From the NCBI GenBank assembly GCA_903884815.1, contig CAISGE010000032.1, positions 5,978 to 69,977 on the forward strand: DNA of 64,000 nucleotides, read 5' to 3'. How positions within the stretch are numbered: the first letter of the stretch is position 1; every line of letters starts with the position of its first letter. This stretch comes from Candidatus Omnitrophota bacterium. Its GTDB lineage: Bacteria > Omnitrophota > Omnitrophia > Omnitrophales > Aquincolibacteriaceae. A program made the position numbers and the translations under genes. This document shows positions 26,358-34,796 of the stretch, piece by piece. The notes below the pieces were generated by a model. That model was not told the DNA's origin. It saw only the letters and a program-made list of their open reading frames with translations, and ran no database searches.

Positions 26358-28016
26358 ATGAATAAGTGGCGTCGTTTAAGATTGTTTTGGATGGATCATT
26401 GGTTCAAGATCACGATTATTCTCGCCTCGGTCATCCTGGTCGGTCTCTCTTGGTGGGGGATGGCTTCGCTTGAAAGCTATTACCGGAACATTACCCTCGC
26501 CCAATTGCCCCTGCAAATGATCATCATGGTCATTAATGCTGTGGTGTTCGCCTACATCTATATGCTGCTTTTCCGGGGGGGCCTCGGAAAAATGGATGAT
26601 AAAAAGAGCATCAAGGCTAAAAACGTCCAGGTCAAGTTCTCGGATGTGATCGGGATCGATGAAGCGAAGGACGAGTGCTGGGAAGTGGTGGAGCTTATCA
26701 AAGACCACGCGCGCCTCAAAAAGATCGGCGGCAGGATCCTTCGCGGCATTCTGATGATGGGGCCTCCGGGATGCGGGAAAACGTATCTTGCCAAGGCGAT
26801 CGCCACAGAAGCGGGTCTGCCGTTTCTCTCTATGGCCGCCAGCGAATTCAACGAGATCTTTGTGGGGGTGGGGGCGAGCCGCGTGCGCCAGCTTTTCAAG
26901 AAAGCAACAAGGCTCGCGTATGGTTTCGGCGGCTGCATCGTTTTCATCGACGAACTGGACGCGATGGGACAGAAAAGGACGTTCAATCAATTCGGCAGCG
27001 GCGAAGGAAATACGACGCAGAACCAGTTGCTCGTGGCAATGGACGGACTAAGCGACAAAGCTGAGAATATCATCGTGATCGGCGCGACGAATGCTTCGGA
27101 GGATATCCTGGATCCGGCGCTTCTCAGGCCCGGACGTTTCGACCGCAAAGTCTATATCAAGAAACCGAATCTGGAAGGCCGCGAATCGCTCTTCCGTTAT
27201 TATTTGAGCAAGGTCAAATACGAGGCGGCGATCGATTGCAAACGCCTGGCGCGCAAGGCGGTCGATAAATCGCCGGCGGATATTGAGAATATCGTCAAGG
27301 AATCCGCGCTGATCGCGACGCGCAACAAAAAGGATGTGGTGGGGTTGCGTGATCTTTCCGAGGCGATCGAGCGGATCGAACTCGGGATGAAGCAAAAATT
27401 GACGATCAATGCCCGCGAGCGGGAGATGACCGCGTATCATGAGACCGGCCATTTGATCGTGACGTATCTGTCGCATCCCCGCGATGACGTATTCAAGGCT
27501 TCGATCATACCGAGGAAGTCTTCGCTCGGAGTCGTTCACCCGACTTCGATCGAAGAATGGCATGGCCGTGACCGCGAAACCATGTTTGCCGATATCAAGA
27601 TCTGTCTGGCAGGGTATGTGGCGGAGAAGATCAAATTCAATACCACGACTACCGGCGTGACCTCGGATTTCAAGCAGGCGATGAACGTCGCCCATTTCAT
27701 GGTATGGGTGCTTGGCATGGGGTCTTCCGGAATGATCGGCGACTATACGATCTACAAGGACAGCAATGCCCTTTTCCTTTCCGAAGACGTGAAGATGCGG
27801 CTGAACCAGGATGTGGACAAGATCCTCAGAGAGTGTATGACCGAAGTCGATGCGCTGCTCCGGAAGGAAAAAGATCTTTTTGAGCGTTTTGCGCACGAGC
27901 TTCTGACCAAGCAAGAGCTCGACTACGATGAGATCGAGGCGATCTTTGCTGAGTTCGGGAAGGTGAATCCGCGCCGGTCTTATCTGACGCAGGGCACGGA
28001 ACTGCCGAAGGTTTAA
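26358..28016 (+). CDS. FtsH-like AAA+ ATPase / M41 zinc metalloprotease (short form)
   Basis: Walker A GPPGCGKT, SRH region, HETGH zinc motif; two N-terminal TM helices with almost no periplasmic loop; 552 aa. Confidence 0.8.
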   Translation: MNKWRRLRLFWMDHWFKITIILASVILVGLSWWGMASLESYYRNITLAQLPLQMIIMVINAVVFAYIYMLLFRGGLGKMDDKKSIKAKNVQVKFSDVIGIDEAKDECWEVVELIKDHARLKKIGGRILRGILMMGPPGCGKTYLAKAIATEAGLPFLSMAASEFNEIFVGVGASRVRQLFKKATRLAYGFGGCIVFIDELDAMGQKRTFNQFGSGEGNTTQNQLLVAMDGLSDKAENIIVIGATNASEDILDPALLRPGRFDRKVYIKKPNLEGRESLFRYYLSKVKYEAAIDCKRLARKAVDKSPADIENIVKESALIATRNKKDVVGLRDLSEAIERIELGMKQKLTINAREREMTAYHETGHLIVTYLSHPRDDVFKASIIPRKSSLGVVHPTSIEEWHGRDRETMFADIKICLAGYVAEKIKFNTTTTGVTSDFKQAMNVAHFMVWVLGMGSSGMIGDYTIYKDSNALFLSEDVKMRLNQDVDKILRECMTEVDALLRKEKDLFERFAHELLTKQELDYDEIEAIFAEFGKVNPRRSYLTQGTELPKV

Positions 28017-28020
28017 GGTC

Positions 28021-29484
28021 TTGGACTCGAAAGCTGTTTTTTCACGAAAAGGGGACAGTCCCTCTAAGGTTTTCAAGGGACTGTCCCCTTTGCTTTTCCT
28101 GTTATGCCTTCTGCTGCTCTCCGGCTGCAGTCCCGTCACATATCCGGAAGCCAAAGTCAAGCAAGCCCTTCAGGATATTGCCCTCAAGGAGTACAAGATC
28201 CCGCATATTGATGTGGAGTTTGCCGGGACGACCCTCGGCGTTTTCCTGCCGCTCGACCGCTTGTTCGCCGCGGACCTCAAGGCGGCCCTTTTGAGCGGAA
28301 AGGTCACGGACATGGAAAGTCTTTTCCAGCCGACGGATGAGGTGATCGATAAAGTCGAGAATATTCTGTTTTCTATGTCGCGCGTTATGCTGAGCACGGA
28401 CAAAAAGATCGATTTCTATTATCTCCAGGCCACGGATGTCGAGAAAAGCGGCATGGATCTGACCTTTATCGGGCAGATCGACGATCTCAAGCGAGTCCGG
28501 TTCTTGGACATTCCGCGCAGCGAATATCGCAAACGTATTATCCACGACCTTCAGATGAACCGCGCCGCGCTTTGGCACCGCCCGGTCCGGCATTTTTTCA
28601 AGGACCTGAACGAAGGCAAGACGGAGGAGGTCCAGAAATCCTATTTCCCCAATACCGCGCAGGCGAAGTGGGCGCGGGAATTCTTTTTTACGGATGCCGC
28701 AGGCGCGGTCTTGCCGCAAGGCCGCGCGCAGTGGACTCTCCTCGATTTACGAAGTATTCCGATACAGGATAACGACATTGTCGTCTATGCCAAGGCCCAG
28801 GTCGCTCCCAAGGTTCCGTCGGATAAAAGCATCCGGTCCGGGACGATGGAATATTTGTTTCAGATCTCCACAGCGGGGGACACGGAAAAAATCCGGCGTA
28901 TCATCCCCCTGGCTTATCTGGATGACAAGGTCACCAACCTGGGTTTTACGTTCACCCGGGCGATGGTGGCTCAAAGCCTTCCGAACTGGGAGAAGGAGTT
29001 CACGACGCCGGACCTGACCATGGGGGATTTTCTTGCGCGCCAATTCACGCGGCGATTTCAGCAGCTGGCCGGGGAGGATGAACGGCTTTTCAATACCTTC
29101 AAGAGCGTTAAACTTGCCGTCCGATTCGAAGAGATGCCCGACAGACATTTTCTTTTCAGCGCCGCGGCACCGCTCAAAGGGGTCGGGCAGGTCGCCTATC
29201 ATCCTGAAAAAGGGCTTCATGAAGACGTGCTTTATTTTTGGGAACGCGTGGCCCGGGAATTCGTCCAAGTGCTTCGCAGTTACAGCTTCCAGGATTATCA
29301 GTCTCTTCAGTTTCAAATATATGAGAACGGGAAGCTCCTAACCTGGACCGCAAGCCGGGAAGATCTCGAGCTTTTCAGGCGGCACAAAATGAAATTTTCC
29401 TCAATACTCCATCTTTCTGAAAGCGTTTCCGAGGCCGTTGAAGTCCCTGAAGAAGCGGAGCCGGCGAACTCAGCTGTTTCATAG
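28021..29484 (+). CDS. hypothetical lipoprotein
   Basis: LLFLLCLLLLSGC lipobox; the ORF-track TTG start at 28021 precedes a perfect 15-bp palindrome, so the true start may be downstream (for example TTG near 28084). Confidence 0.45.
   Translation: MDSKAVFSRKGDSPSKVFKGLSPLLFLLCLLLLSGCSPVTYPEAKVKQALQDIALKEYKIPHIDVEFAGTTLGVFLPLDRLFAADLKAALLSGKVTDMESLFQPTDEVIDKVENILFSMSRVMLSTDKKIDFYYLQATDVEKSGMDLTFIGQIDDLKRVRFLDIPRSEYRKRIIHDLQMNRAALWHRPVRHFFKDLNEGKTEEVQKSYFPNTAQAKWAREFFFTDAAGAVLPQGRAQWTLLDLRSIPIQDNDIVVYAKAQVAPKVPSDKSIRSGTMEYLFQISTAGDTEKIRRIIPLAYLDDKVTNLGFTFTRAMVAQSLPNWEKEFTTPDLTMGDFLARQFTRRFQQLAGEDERLFNTFKSVKLAVRFEEMPDRHFLFSAAAPLKGVGQVAYHPEKGLHEDVLYFWERVAREFVQVLRSYSFQDYQSLQFQIYENGKLLTWTASREDLELFRRHKMKFSSILHLSESVSEAVEVPEEAEPANSAVS
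28047..28091 (+). terminator. perfect 15-bp palindrome after the ftsH-like gene (putative terminator, inside the annotated N-terminus of the next ORF)
   Basis: aaaaggggacagtccc-tctaaggttttca-gggactgtcccctttt then T-rich. Confidence 0.5.
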
Positions 29485-29490
29485 CTTTTT

Positions 29491-29518
29491 CTTTACCCTC
29501 CTGCGCGCGGTGGTATAA
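29491..29518 (+). promoter_or_regulatory. putative sigma70-type promoter (TTTACC -35, 16-nt spacer, extended -10 TGgTATAAT) for rubrerythrin
   Basis: sequence inspection only. Confidence 0.4.
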
Positions 29519-29585
29519 TAACGCCTTGTTTCGGAAGGAATCCCCCCATCCGTGTCTTCCATTCTTTTAATTAATGGTGACAGGG

Positions 29586-29714
29586 ACGGTCCTGACTTTT
29601 ATTTTCTTTTTCGAAATGGTAGTCAGGACCGCCCCAATCTCAGCTTTGCTGAGATTGATTGGGATTGGGAAGGCCCCAATTTCCACGGCGTGGAAGTTGA
29701 TAGGTATTGGGGCT
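29586..29714 (+). promoter_or_regulatory. candidate structured RNA leader (copy A): four hairpins P1-P4 upstream of rubrerythrin
   Basis: P1 ggtcctgac/gtcaggacc with U-rich loop; P2 aatctcagc/gctgagatt; P3 gccccaat/attggggc enclosing P4 ttcca/tggaa; about 80% identical to the copy at 48390-48518 with compensatory changes in P1 and P4. Confidence 0.6.
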
Positions 29715-29758
29715 GGTCCTATTCCGGTGGCAATTCACTTCAACATCAGGAGGCTTGT

Positions 29759-30346
29759 ATGGCAGAATTTAAAGGAAGCAAAACGGCCGAAAATCTTATG
29801 AAGGCGTTCGCCGGGGAATCCCAGGCGCGCAATCGGTACTCCTATTATTCCAAGATTGCCTACAAGGAAGGTTACCGCCAGATCTCGAACATTTTCCAGG
29901 AGACCGCTGATAACGAAAAAGAACATGCCAAGCTTTTTTATAGTCAACTGATCAAGCATGGCTTGAACGAGAATCCCGTTGAGATCCACGCGACCTATCC
30001 TGTGGCGATGGGCGATACGCTTCATAATCTCGGCTATGCCGCCGCAGGGGAGAAGGAAGAATGGACGGATCTTTATCCGTCCTTCGCGGCAGTCGCGGAT
30101 CAGGAAGGTTTTTCTGATGTGGCGCGGACCTTCAAGCAGGTGGCGATGGTCGAAAAACGCCATGAAGAGCGGTACAGCAAGCTTCACAATGTCCTGGAAC
30201 AGCATAAACTTTTCGTCAAAGACGGAAAGGTTTACTGGAAATGCCTCGAATGCGGGTATATCGTTGAAGCCTCCAAGGCCCCCGAGCGTTGCCCTGTCTG
30301 TGATCATCCTCAGGGGCATTTTGAGATCTGGATCGAGAACTATTAA
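29759..30346 (+). CDS. rbr: rubrerythrin
   Basis: ferritin-like diiron four-helix region ([23 protein letters not shown]) plus C-terminal rubredoxin-like CxxC...CPVC; AGGAGG RBS before ATG 29759. The ORF-track N-terminal extension from 29552 covers a non-coding structured element. Confidence 0.85.
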   Translation: MAEFKGSKTAENLMKAFAGESQARNRYSYYSKIAYKEGYRQISNIFQETADNEKEHAKLFYSQLIKHGLNENPVEIHATYPVAMGDTLHNLGYAAAGEKEEWTDLYPSFAAVADQEGFSDVARTFKQVAMVEKRHEERYSKLHNVLEQHKLFVKDGKVYWKCLECGYIVEASKAPERCPVCDHPQGHFEIWIENY

Positions 30347-30403
30347 CACAACAGATTGCGGTCGATAGACTGCAGTCCTCAGTCTAATCAAAGGAGAATC
30401 AAA

Positions 30404-31411
30404 ATGACATCGTATAAGGAATTAGGATTTGTCAATACGCGCGAAATGTTCCAGAAGGCCGTCAAAGGCGGATACGCGATCCCGGCCTACAATTTTAATA
30501 ACATGGAGCAGATCCAGGCGATCGTCATGGCTTGCGTGGAATCTCAGTCCCCGGTGATCCTTCAGGTTTCAAGCGGCGCGCGCAAGTATGCCAACCAGAC
30601 ACTTCTCCAGTACATGGGCAAGGGCGCGATCGAGATGATGAAGGCCTACGCTAAAGAAAAAGGTCTCAAACCGATCCCGATGGCGCTTCACTTGGATCAC
30701 GGAGATAGTCTGGAACTTGTCAAATCCTGCATCGAATCGGGATTTTCTTCCGTAATGATCGATGGATCGCATCTCCCTTTTGAGAAGAATATTGAACTGA
30801 CCAAACAGGTTGTGGAGTTCGCGCATAAGAACGACGTGACCGTGGAAGGCGAACTCGGCGTGTTGGCCGGTATTGAGGACGAAGTGAGCGCGGAACATTC
30901 CACCTACACGGATCCAAAGGATGTGATCAAGTTCGTCAAGGAAACCGGTGTGGATTCTCTCGCGATCTCGATCGGGACCTCTCACGGGGCCAACAAATTC
31001 AAGCCTTCCCAGTGCACCCGGAATGCCGACGGGGTTTTGATCCCGCCGATGCTCCGTTTTGATATTCTCAAAGACATCGAGAAAGAGATCCCCGGTTTTC
31101 CGATCGTCATGCACGGTTCATCCTCCGTGCCTGTGGAAGCCGTGAAGATCATCAATGAAAACGGCGGTGCTATGAAGGACACCATTGGGATCCCTGAGGA
31201 ATGGATCCGCGAGGCGACAAAATCGGCTGTTTGCAAAGTCAATATAGATTCTGACGGCCGTCTCTGGATGACCGCGGTGATCCGCAAGATTTTCAAAGAG
31301 AAACCCGCGGAATTCGATCCGCGCAAGTATCTCGGGCCCGCCCGCGACGCGCTTGTGGCAATGTATAAGCATAAGAACCAGAATGTATTGGGTTCAGCCG
31401 GGAAAGCATAA
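30404..31411 (+). CDS. fba: fructose-bisphosphate aldolase, class II
   Basis: AYNFNNMEQ, LHLDHG and zinc-binding His regions typical of class II FBA. Confidence 0.88.
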   Translation: MTSYKELGFVNTREMFQKAVKGGYAIPAYNFNNMEQIQAIVMACVESQSPVILQVSSGARKYANQTLLQYMGKGAIEMMKAYAKEKGLKPIPMALHLDHGDSLELVKSCIESGFSSVMIDGSHLPFEKNIELTKQVVEFAHKNDVTVEGELGVLAGIEDEVSAEHSTYTDPKDVIKFVKETGVDSLAISIGTSHGANKFKPSQCTRNADGVLIPPMLRFDILKDIEKEIPGFPIVMHGSSSVPVEAVKIINENGGAMKDTIGIPEEWIREATKSAVCKVNIDSDGRLWMTAVIRKIFKEKPAEFDPRKYLGPARDALVAMYKHKNQNVLGSAGKA

Positions 31412-31415
31412 AAAC

Positions 31416-31481
31416 AGTACGAGGTACGGAGTACGGGGTAAGGCGTGAAATTTTTTACTTCGTACGCCGTACTCCGTACAC
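31416..31481 (+). repeat. GTACGG-heptad hairpin repeat, fba downstream junction
   Basis: 13-bp perfect inverted repeat gtacggagtacgg / ccgtactccgtac with about 29-nt loop. Confidence 0.65.
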
Positions 31482-31504
31482 AATGCCCTAAGGAGGGAAT
31501 TGAT

Positions 31505-31882
31505 ATGAAGAAAATATTTCCGTTAGTGATGGTGTTGTCGCTTTTGGTTTCGTGCCCTGCGTTCGCGGGAGAGGCGAAAAAGGATGAAATGCCGGGCATG
31601 GGAATGCCGCATGGCATGGGGATGGGCATGGGGATGGGCATGGGAATGATGCCTGGAATGGGACAGAAGGATTGCGCCATGTGCAAGACCCAAATGGTCG
31701 CGACGGATGAGGGCGGCGTTTTCGTTCTTGCCGGCACCAAGCTCACGAAGTATGACGCGGATCTCAATGTTGTCAAAGAGATCGAGATTAAAATGCCGAT
31801 GCCGGGCATGGGCGGAAAACAGTGCCCCATGATGGGGAAGACAACGGACCAAGGTCCCGCTGAATCCCAGGCAAAACAATAA
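31505..31882 (+). CDS. small secreted Met/Gly-rich protein, putative Cu/Ag-binding
   Basis: signal peptide with LVSC lipobox-like end; MPGMGMPHGMGMGMGMGMGMMPGMG tandem Met-Gly repeats plus CAMC and CPMM motifs. Confidence 0.5.
   Translation: MKKIFPLVMVLSLLVSCPAFAGEAKKDEMPGMGMPHGMGMGMGMGMGMMPGMGQKDCAMCKTQMVATDEGGVFVLAGTKLTKYDADLNVVKEIEIKMPMPGMGGKQCPMMGKTTDQGPAESQAKQ
31598..31660 (+). repeat. coding tandem hexanucleotide repeat (ATGGGN)n encoding MGMGMG
   Basis: atgggaatgccgcatggcatggggatgggcatggggatgggcatgggaatgatgcctggaatggga. Confidence 0.7.
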
Positions 31883-31903
31883 GAATCCACCGAAAGGGCT
31901 TCT

Positions 31904-33133
31904 ATGAAAAAAAAGATCAGTCTGCTCGTCCTCCTGTGTCTGATCCTTTCACAGACGCTCTCCTTCGGAGCTGTCACACTGGAAGACCTGCGACTTCCGA
32001 AGGATTTCTTTCCCGGGAAGTCGCCTTACGCCAAGATCGTGTCCATTCAGGAGAATCCACAGTTCCCGGGTTTTCTGACATTCTCGGTCACCGCTCCTCA
32101 CGGGAGTTACACGGTCCACGGTTTGACGAATTTGAAGAAATGTCTCCTTGAGATCGATGTGATCGAACAGCTCAACCGGAATGAAGATACCGGAAGCGGG
32201 GTCGCGGAGGGCGCGGTCGATTCCCTCAAGGACACCGGGACCGGACTGAAGAACATCGTGGTGCACCCCTTGAATTCCGCTTCGGGGATCGGTAAAGGGG
32301 TCGGGAAATTAGGGGGCAAGATCGGGGGCGTTTTTCGCAAGAAAGAAGCCGGAGAAAAAGGCGACGGATTTTTAGGCTCCAGCAAGCGTCAACTCGCCAA
32401 GAAGCTTGGCGTGGACGTCTATAGCCGTAATCCCAACCTTCAGGCGAAACTGGATTCCATGGCCAAGGCCAACATGGGCGGTCGGGGGATCGTGGCGGTA
32501 GCGACTTTTTTTGTCCCGGTTGGATTCATTGCGTCTGCCGTCATGACCGTCAGCAACATCAATAACGCGGCGGATCAGCTGGTCAATGACAGTGACCGCA
32601 GCGACCTTTTCAAGATGAATCAAAAAGCGCTTTTGACCCTCGGCTTTTCCGGCGAGAAAGTGCTGAAATTTCTCAACCATCCCTATTACACGCCGCGTGA
32701 GTTGACCTATCTCCGTTTTTACCTGGAAAAACTCAAAAAGGTTGAGGGTTTCGAGGTGCTTCTGGACCGCGCGGTTGCGGCTGTTACGGAAATCCCAGCC
32801 GACAAGATCCTTCATGAGATCCAGATCACTGCAGATTCGGTCGGGGATGCCCCGAATGGAATGAAGCTTACTGTGGTCCCGGAAGGGATCATTTTGACGA
32901 CTGCGGACAAGGCGGCACTCATCACAGCCTATGACTTTGTGGATCAGTCCGCGCTCGGGAAGCGTCTTACCGATGTGGCCATTGATTCTCGCAAAAGTCT
33001 CAACAAGAGATCGGCGGAGATCTGGAACGGCGGCGCGATGAGCTCCGCGTTCGGCGGGGCGCTTCTCTCGAAGGGTATTACGGTTCAGCGTATGTGTCTC
33101 TTCGAATCGGCCAGTGCAGCCAAGGCCGTCTAA
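31904..33133 (+). CDS. hypothetical secreted protein
   Basis: signal peptide MKKKISLLVLLCLILSQTLSFGA; no recognisable domain. Confidence 0.5.
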   Translation: MKKKISLLVLLCLILSQTLSFGAVTLEDLRLPKDFFPGKSPYAKIVSIQENPQFPGFLTFSVTAPHGSYTVHGLTNLKKCLLEIDVIEQLNRNEDTGSGVAEGAVDSLKDTGTGLKNIVVHPLNSASGIGKGVGKLGGKIGGVFRKKEAGEKGDGFLGSSKRQLAKKLGVDVYSRNPNLQAKLDSMAKANMGGRGIVAVATFFVPVGFIASAVMTVSNINNAADQLVNDSDRSDLFKMNQKALLTLGFSGEKVLKFLNHPYYTPRELTYLRFYLEKLKKVEGFEVLLDRAVAAVTEIPADKILHEIQITADSVGDAPNGMKLTVVPEGIILTTADKAALITAYDFVDQSALGKRLTDVAIDSRKSLNKRSAEIWNGGAMSSAFGGALLSKGITVQRMCLFESASAAKAV

Positions 33134-33158
33134 GCGGATCGAGAAAGCCTTTTCTTTT

Positions 33159-34115
33159 ATGAAAAAAAAGCCCCTTTGTCTTGTGACCGGCGGCGCCGGC
33201 TTTATCGGGTCGAATATTGTGGACGGCCTTATTTCCCAAGGGTGCCGGGTCCGGGTCCTGGATAATCTCTCGACCGGAAAACGCGAGAACCTGGCGCATC
33301 TAGGCTCCCGGGTCAAGTTGATCAAAGGCGATCTCCGTAGCGAGTGCGATCTGAAAAGGGCCGTTCGCGGGGTCGACTATGTTTTTCACTTGGCGGCGAT
33401 CGCCTCGGTACCGCAGTCCGTGGCCCAACCTGTCGAAACGCATGACGTGAACGTGACAGGAACGTTCCGTCTTTTGCGCGAAAGCGCCAAGGCGGGAGCG
33501 AAGCGTCTGATTTTTACGTCCTCCTCGGCGATCTACGGTGAGACGGACCATTTTCCTTCTAAAGAGACCGACCTGCCGCAGCCCGAGTCTCCGTATGCCG
33601 CCTCCAAGATCATGGGGGAGTATTATTGCCGGAATTTCGCGCAGTTCTTTGGCCTCGAAACGGTGGCGCTCCGTTATTTCAACGTCTATGGTCCGCGGCA
33701 GAACCCGAAGTCGCGCTACGCGAACGTGGTGCCCATTTTCCTTAAGTGCATCCTGGACGGCGTCACGCCGGAAGTCCACTGGGATGGAAAGCAGTCCCGC
33801 GATTTTGTCTATGTCGACGACGTGGTGGCCGCCAACCTTCTGGCCATGAAAAAATCGGGGATCTCCGGTGAGTCCTTCAATATCGGGTCTCAATCGGAGG
33901 CTCGCGTGATTGATTGCCTGCGGGGGATTCAGAAGGTTCTCGGGCTGAAGACTTTGAAGATGGTTTATAAGCCTAAACGGGAGGGGGATGTCCGCAGGAC
34001 GTCGGCGGATATCGGAAAAGCCCGTAGGCTTTTGGGATACCAGCCCCGCGTGAATTTCGATAATGGGATCCGCGAAACCGTTCACTGGTTCCTGAAAAAC
34101 GCCGACCGTTTGTAA
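33159..34115 (+). CDS. NAD-dependent sugar-nucleotide epimerase/dehydratase (GalE/WbpP-like)
   Basis: VTGGAGFIGSN Rossmann motif, YAASK catalytic pair; start at MKKKPL (33159) preferred over the ORF-track 33114. Confidence 0.8.
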   Translation: MKKKPLCLVTGGAGFIGSNIVDGLISQGCRVRVLDNLSTGKRENLAHLGSRVKLIKGDLRSECDLKRAVRGVDYVFHLAAIASVPQSVAQPVETHDVNVTGTFRLLRESAKAGAKRLIFTSSSAIYGETDHFPSKETDLPQPESPYAASKIMGEYYCRNFAQFFGLETVALRYFNVYGPRQNPKSRYANVVPIFLKCILDGVTPEVHWDGKQSRDFVYVDDVVAANLLAMKKSGISGESFNIGSQSEARVIDCLRGIQKVLGLKTLKMVYKPKREGDVRRTSADIGKARRLLGYQPRVNFDNGIRETVHWFLKNADRL

Positions 34116-34197
34116 ACCAGCGCGAACTTTAAGAGGAAGTGTTTTAAAGAAATCTGTTCATTGGATCCGTGAAAATCTATCACAAGGAGATAAACAC

Positions 34198-34786
34198 CAT
34201 GAGACATCTGATCATTTATGCGCATCCCAATCCAGCGAGTTTCAATCACGCGATCAAAGAGACGCTGGTTCGCGTTCTGAAGGAGAAAGGCCAGGAGGTC
34301 CGTGTCCGTGATCTTTACGCCCTCGGGTTTGATCCGGTGCTCAAGGCCAGTGACTTCGTGGCTTTGCTCGCGGGCAAGATGCCTACGGATATCGTGACCG
34401 AACAGGACCATATTCGTTGGGCCGATCAGATCACGTTCCTCTATCCGGTCTGGTGGGGTCGTATGCCTTCGATGGCGATGGGATATATCGACCGCGTGTT
34501 CAGCAAAGGCTTTGCTTATGACTACAGTCCCAACGGTCCCGTGGGATTGCTCCCGGGGAAGAAGGCTTATGCTTTTAGCACGATGGGGGCACCGTTCGCG
34601 TTTGCCGAATCTTCTGGCGGGATCAAGAGCATGGAACAGATCATCGACAACGAGACCTTCCGTTTTTGCGGTATGGAAATGGTGGGGCACAAGTATTTCG
34701 GTTCCGTGCCGACCGTGACGGTCGAAGAACGCAAAAAAATGCTCGAAGAAGTGGCCGCGGTTGCTGCCGCCTGGCCGGTCCGGTAG
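34198..34786 (+). CDS. NAD(P)H dehydrogenase (quinone)-like flavodoxin-fold protein (MdaB/YrkL family)
   Basis: MRHLIIYAHPNPASFNHAI N-terminus typical of FMN-dependent NAD(P)H:quinone reductases. Confidence 0.7.
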
Positions 34787-34796
34787 GGAAGGCCTC

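Noticed and set aside
29632-29714. CCCCAAT / ATTGGG repeated 5-6 times, considered as a mini CRISPR-like array or CCAAT-box cluster
   Set aside because: Units are 7-8 nt, irregularly spaced and mutually complementary. They form stems of an RNA structure rather than repeat-spacer architecture, and no cas genes are present.
29552-29758. N-terminal extensions given by the ORF track (rubrerythrin 29552, epimerase 33114, etfB 45618, ETF-QO2 48511, etfBA 50277, ykgJ 57292, OMP 47527, giant OMP 17573)
   Set aside because: The internal ATG/GTG starts have Shine-Dalgarno sequences and match family N-termini. The extensions cross promoters, terminators or the structured RNA element and are not conserved between paralogous copies.
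31598-31660. ATGGGN tandem repeat considered as a non-coding minisatellite
   Set aside because: It is in-frame within a signal-peptide-bearing ORF and encodes the Met-Gly motif, so it is reported as a coding repeat instead.
31904-31916. ATG followed by an A8 tract at three gene starts (31904, 33159, 58328), considered as phase-variable homopolymers
   Set aside because: Each simply encodes MKKK, a common positively charged N-terminus. The tract length (8) is below typical slippage-prone lengths and there is no evidence of frameshifted alternatives.
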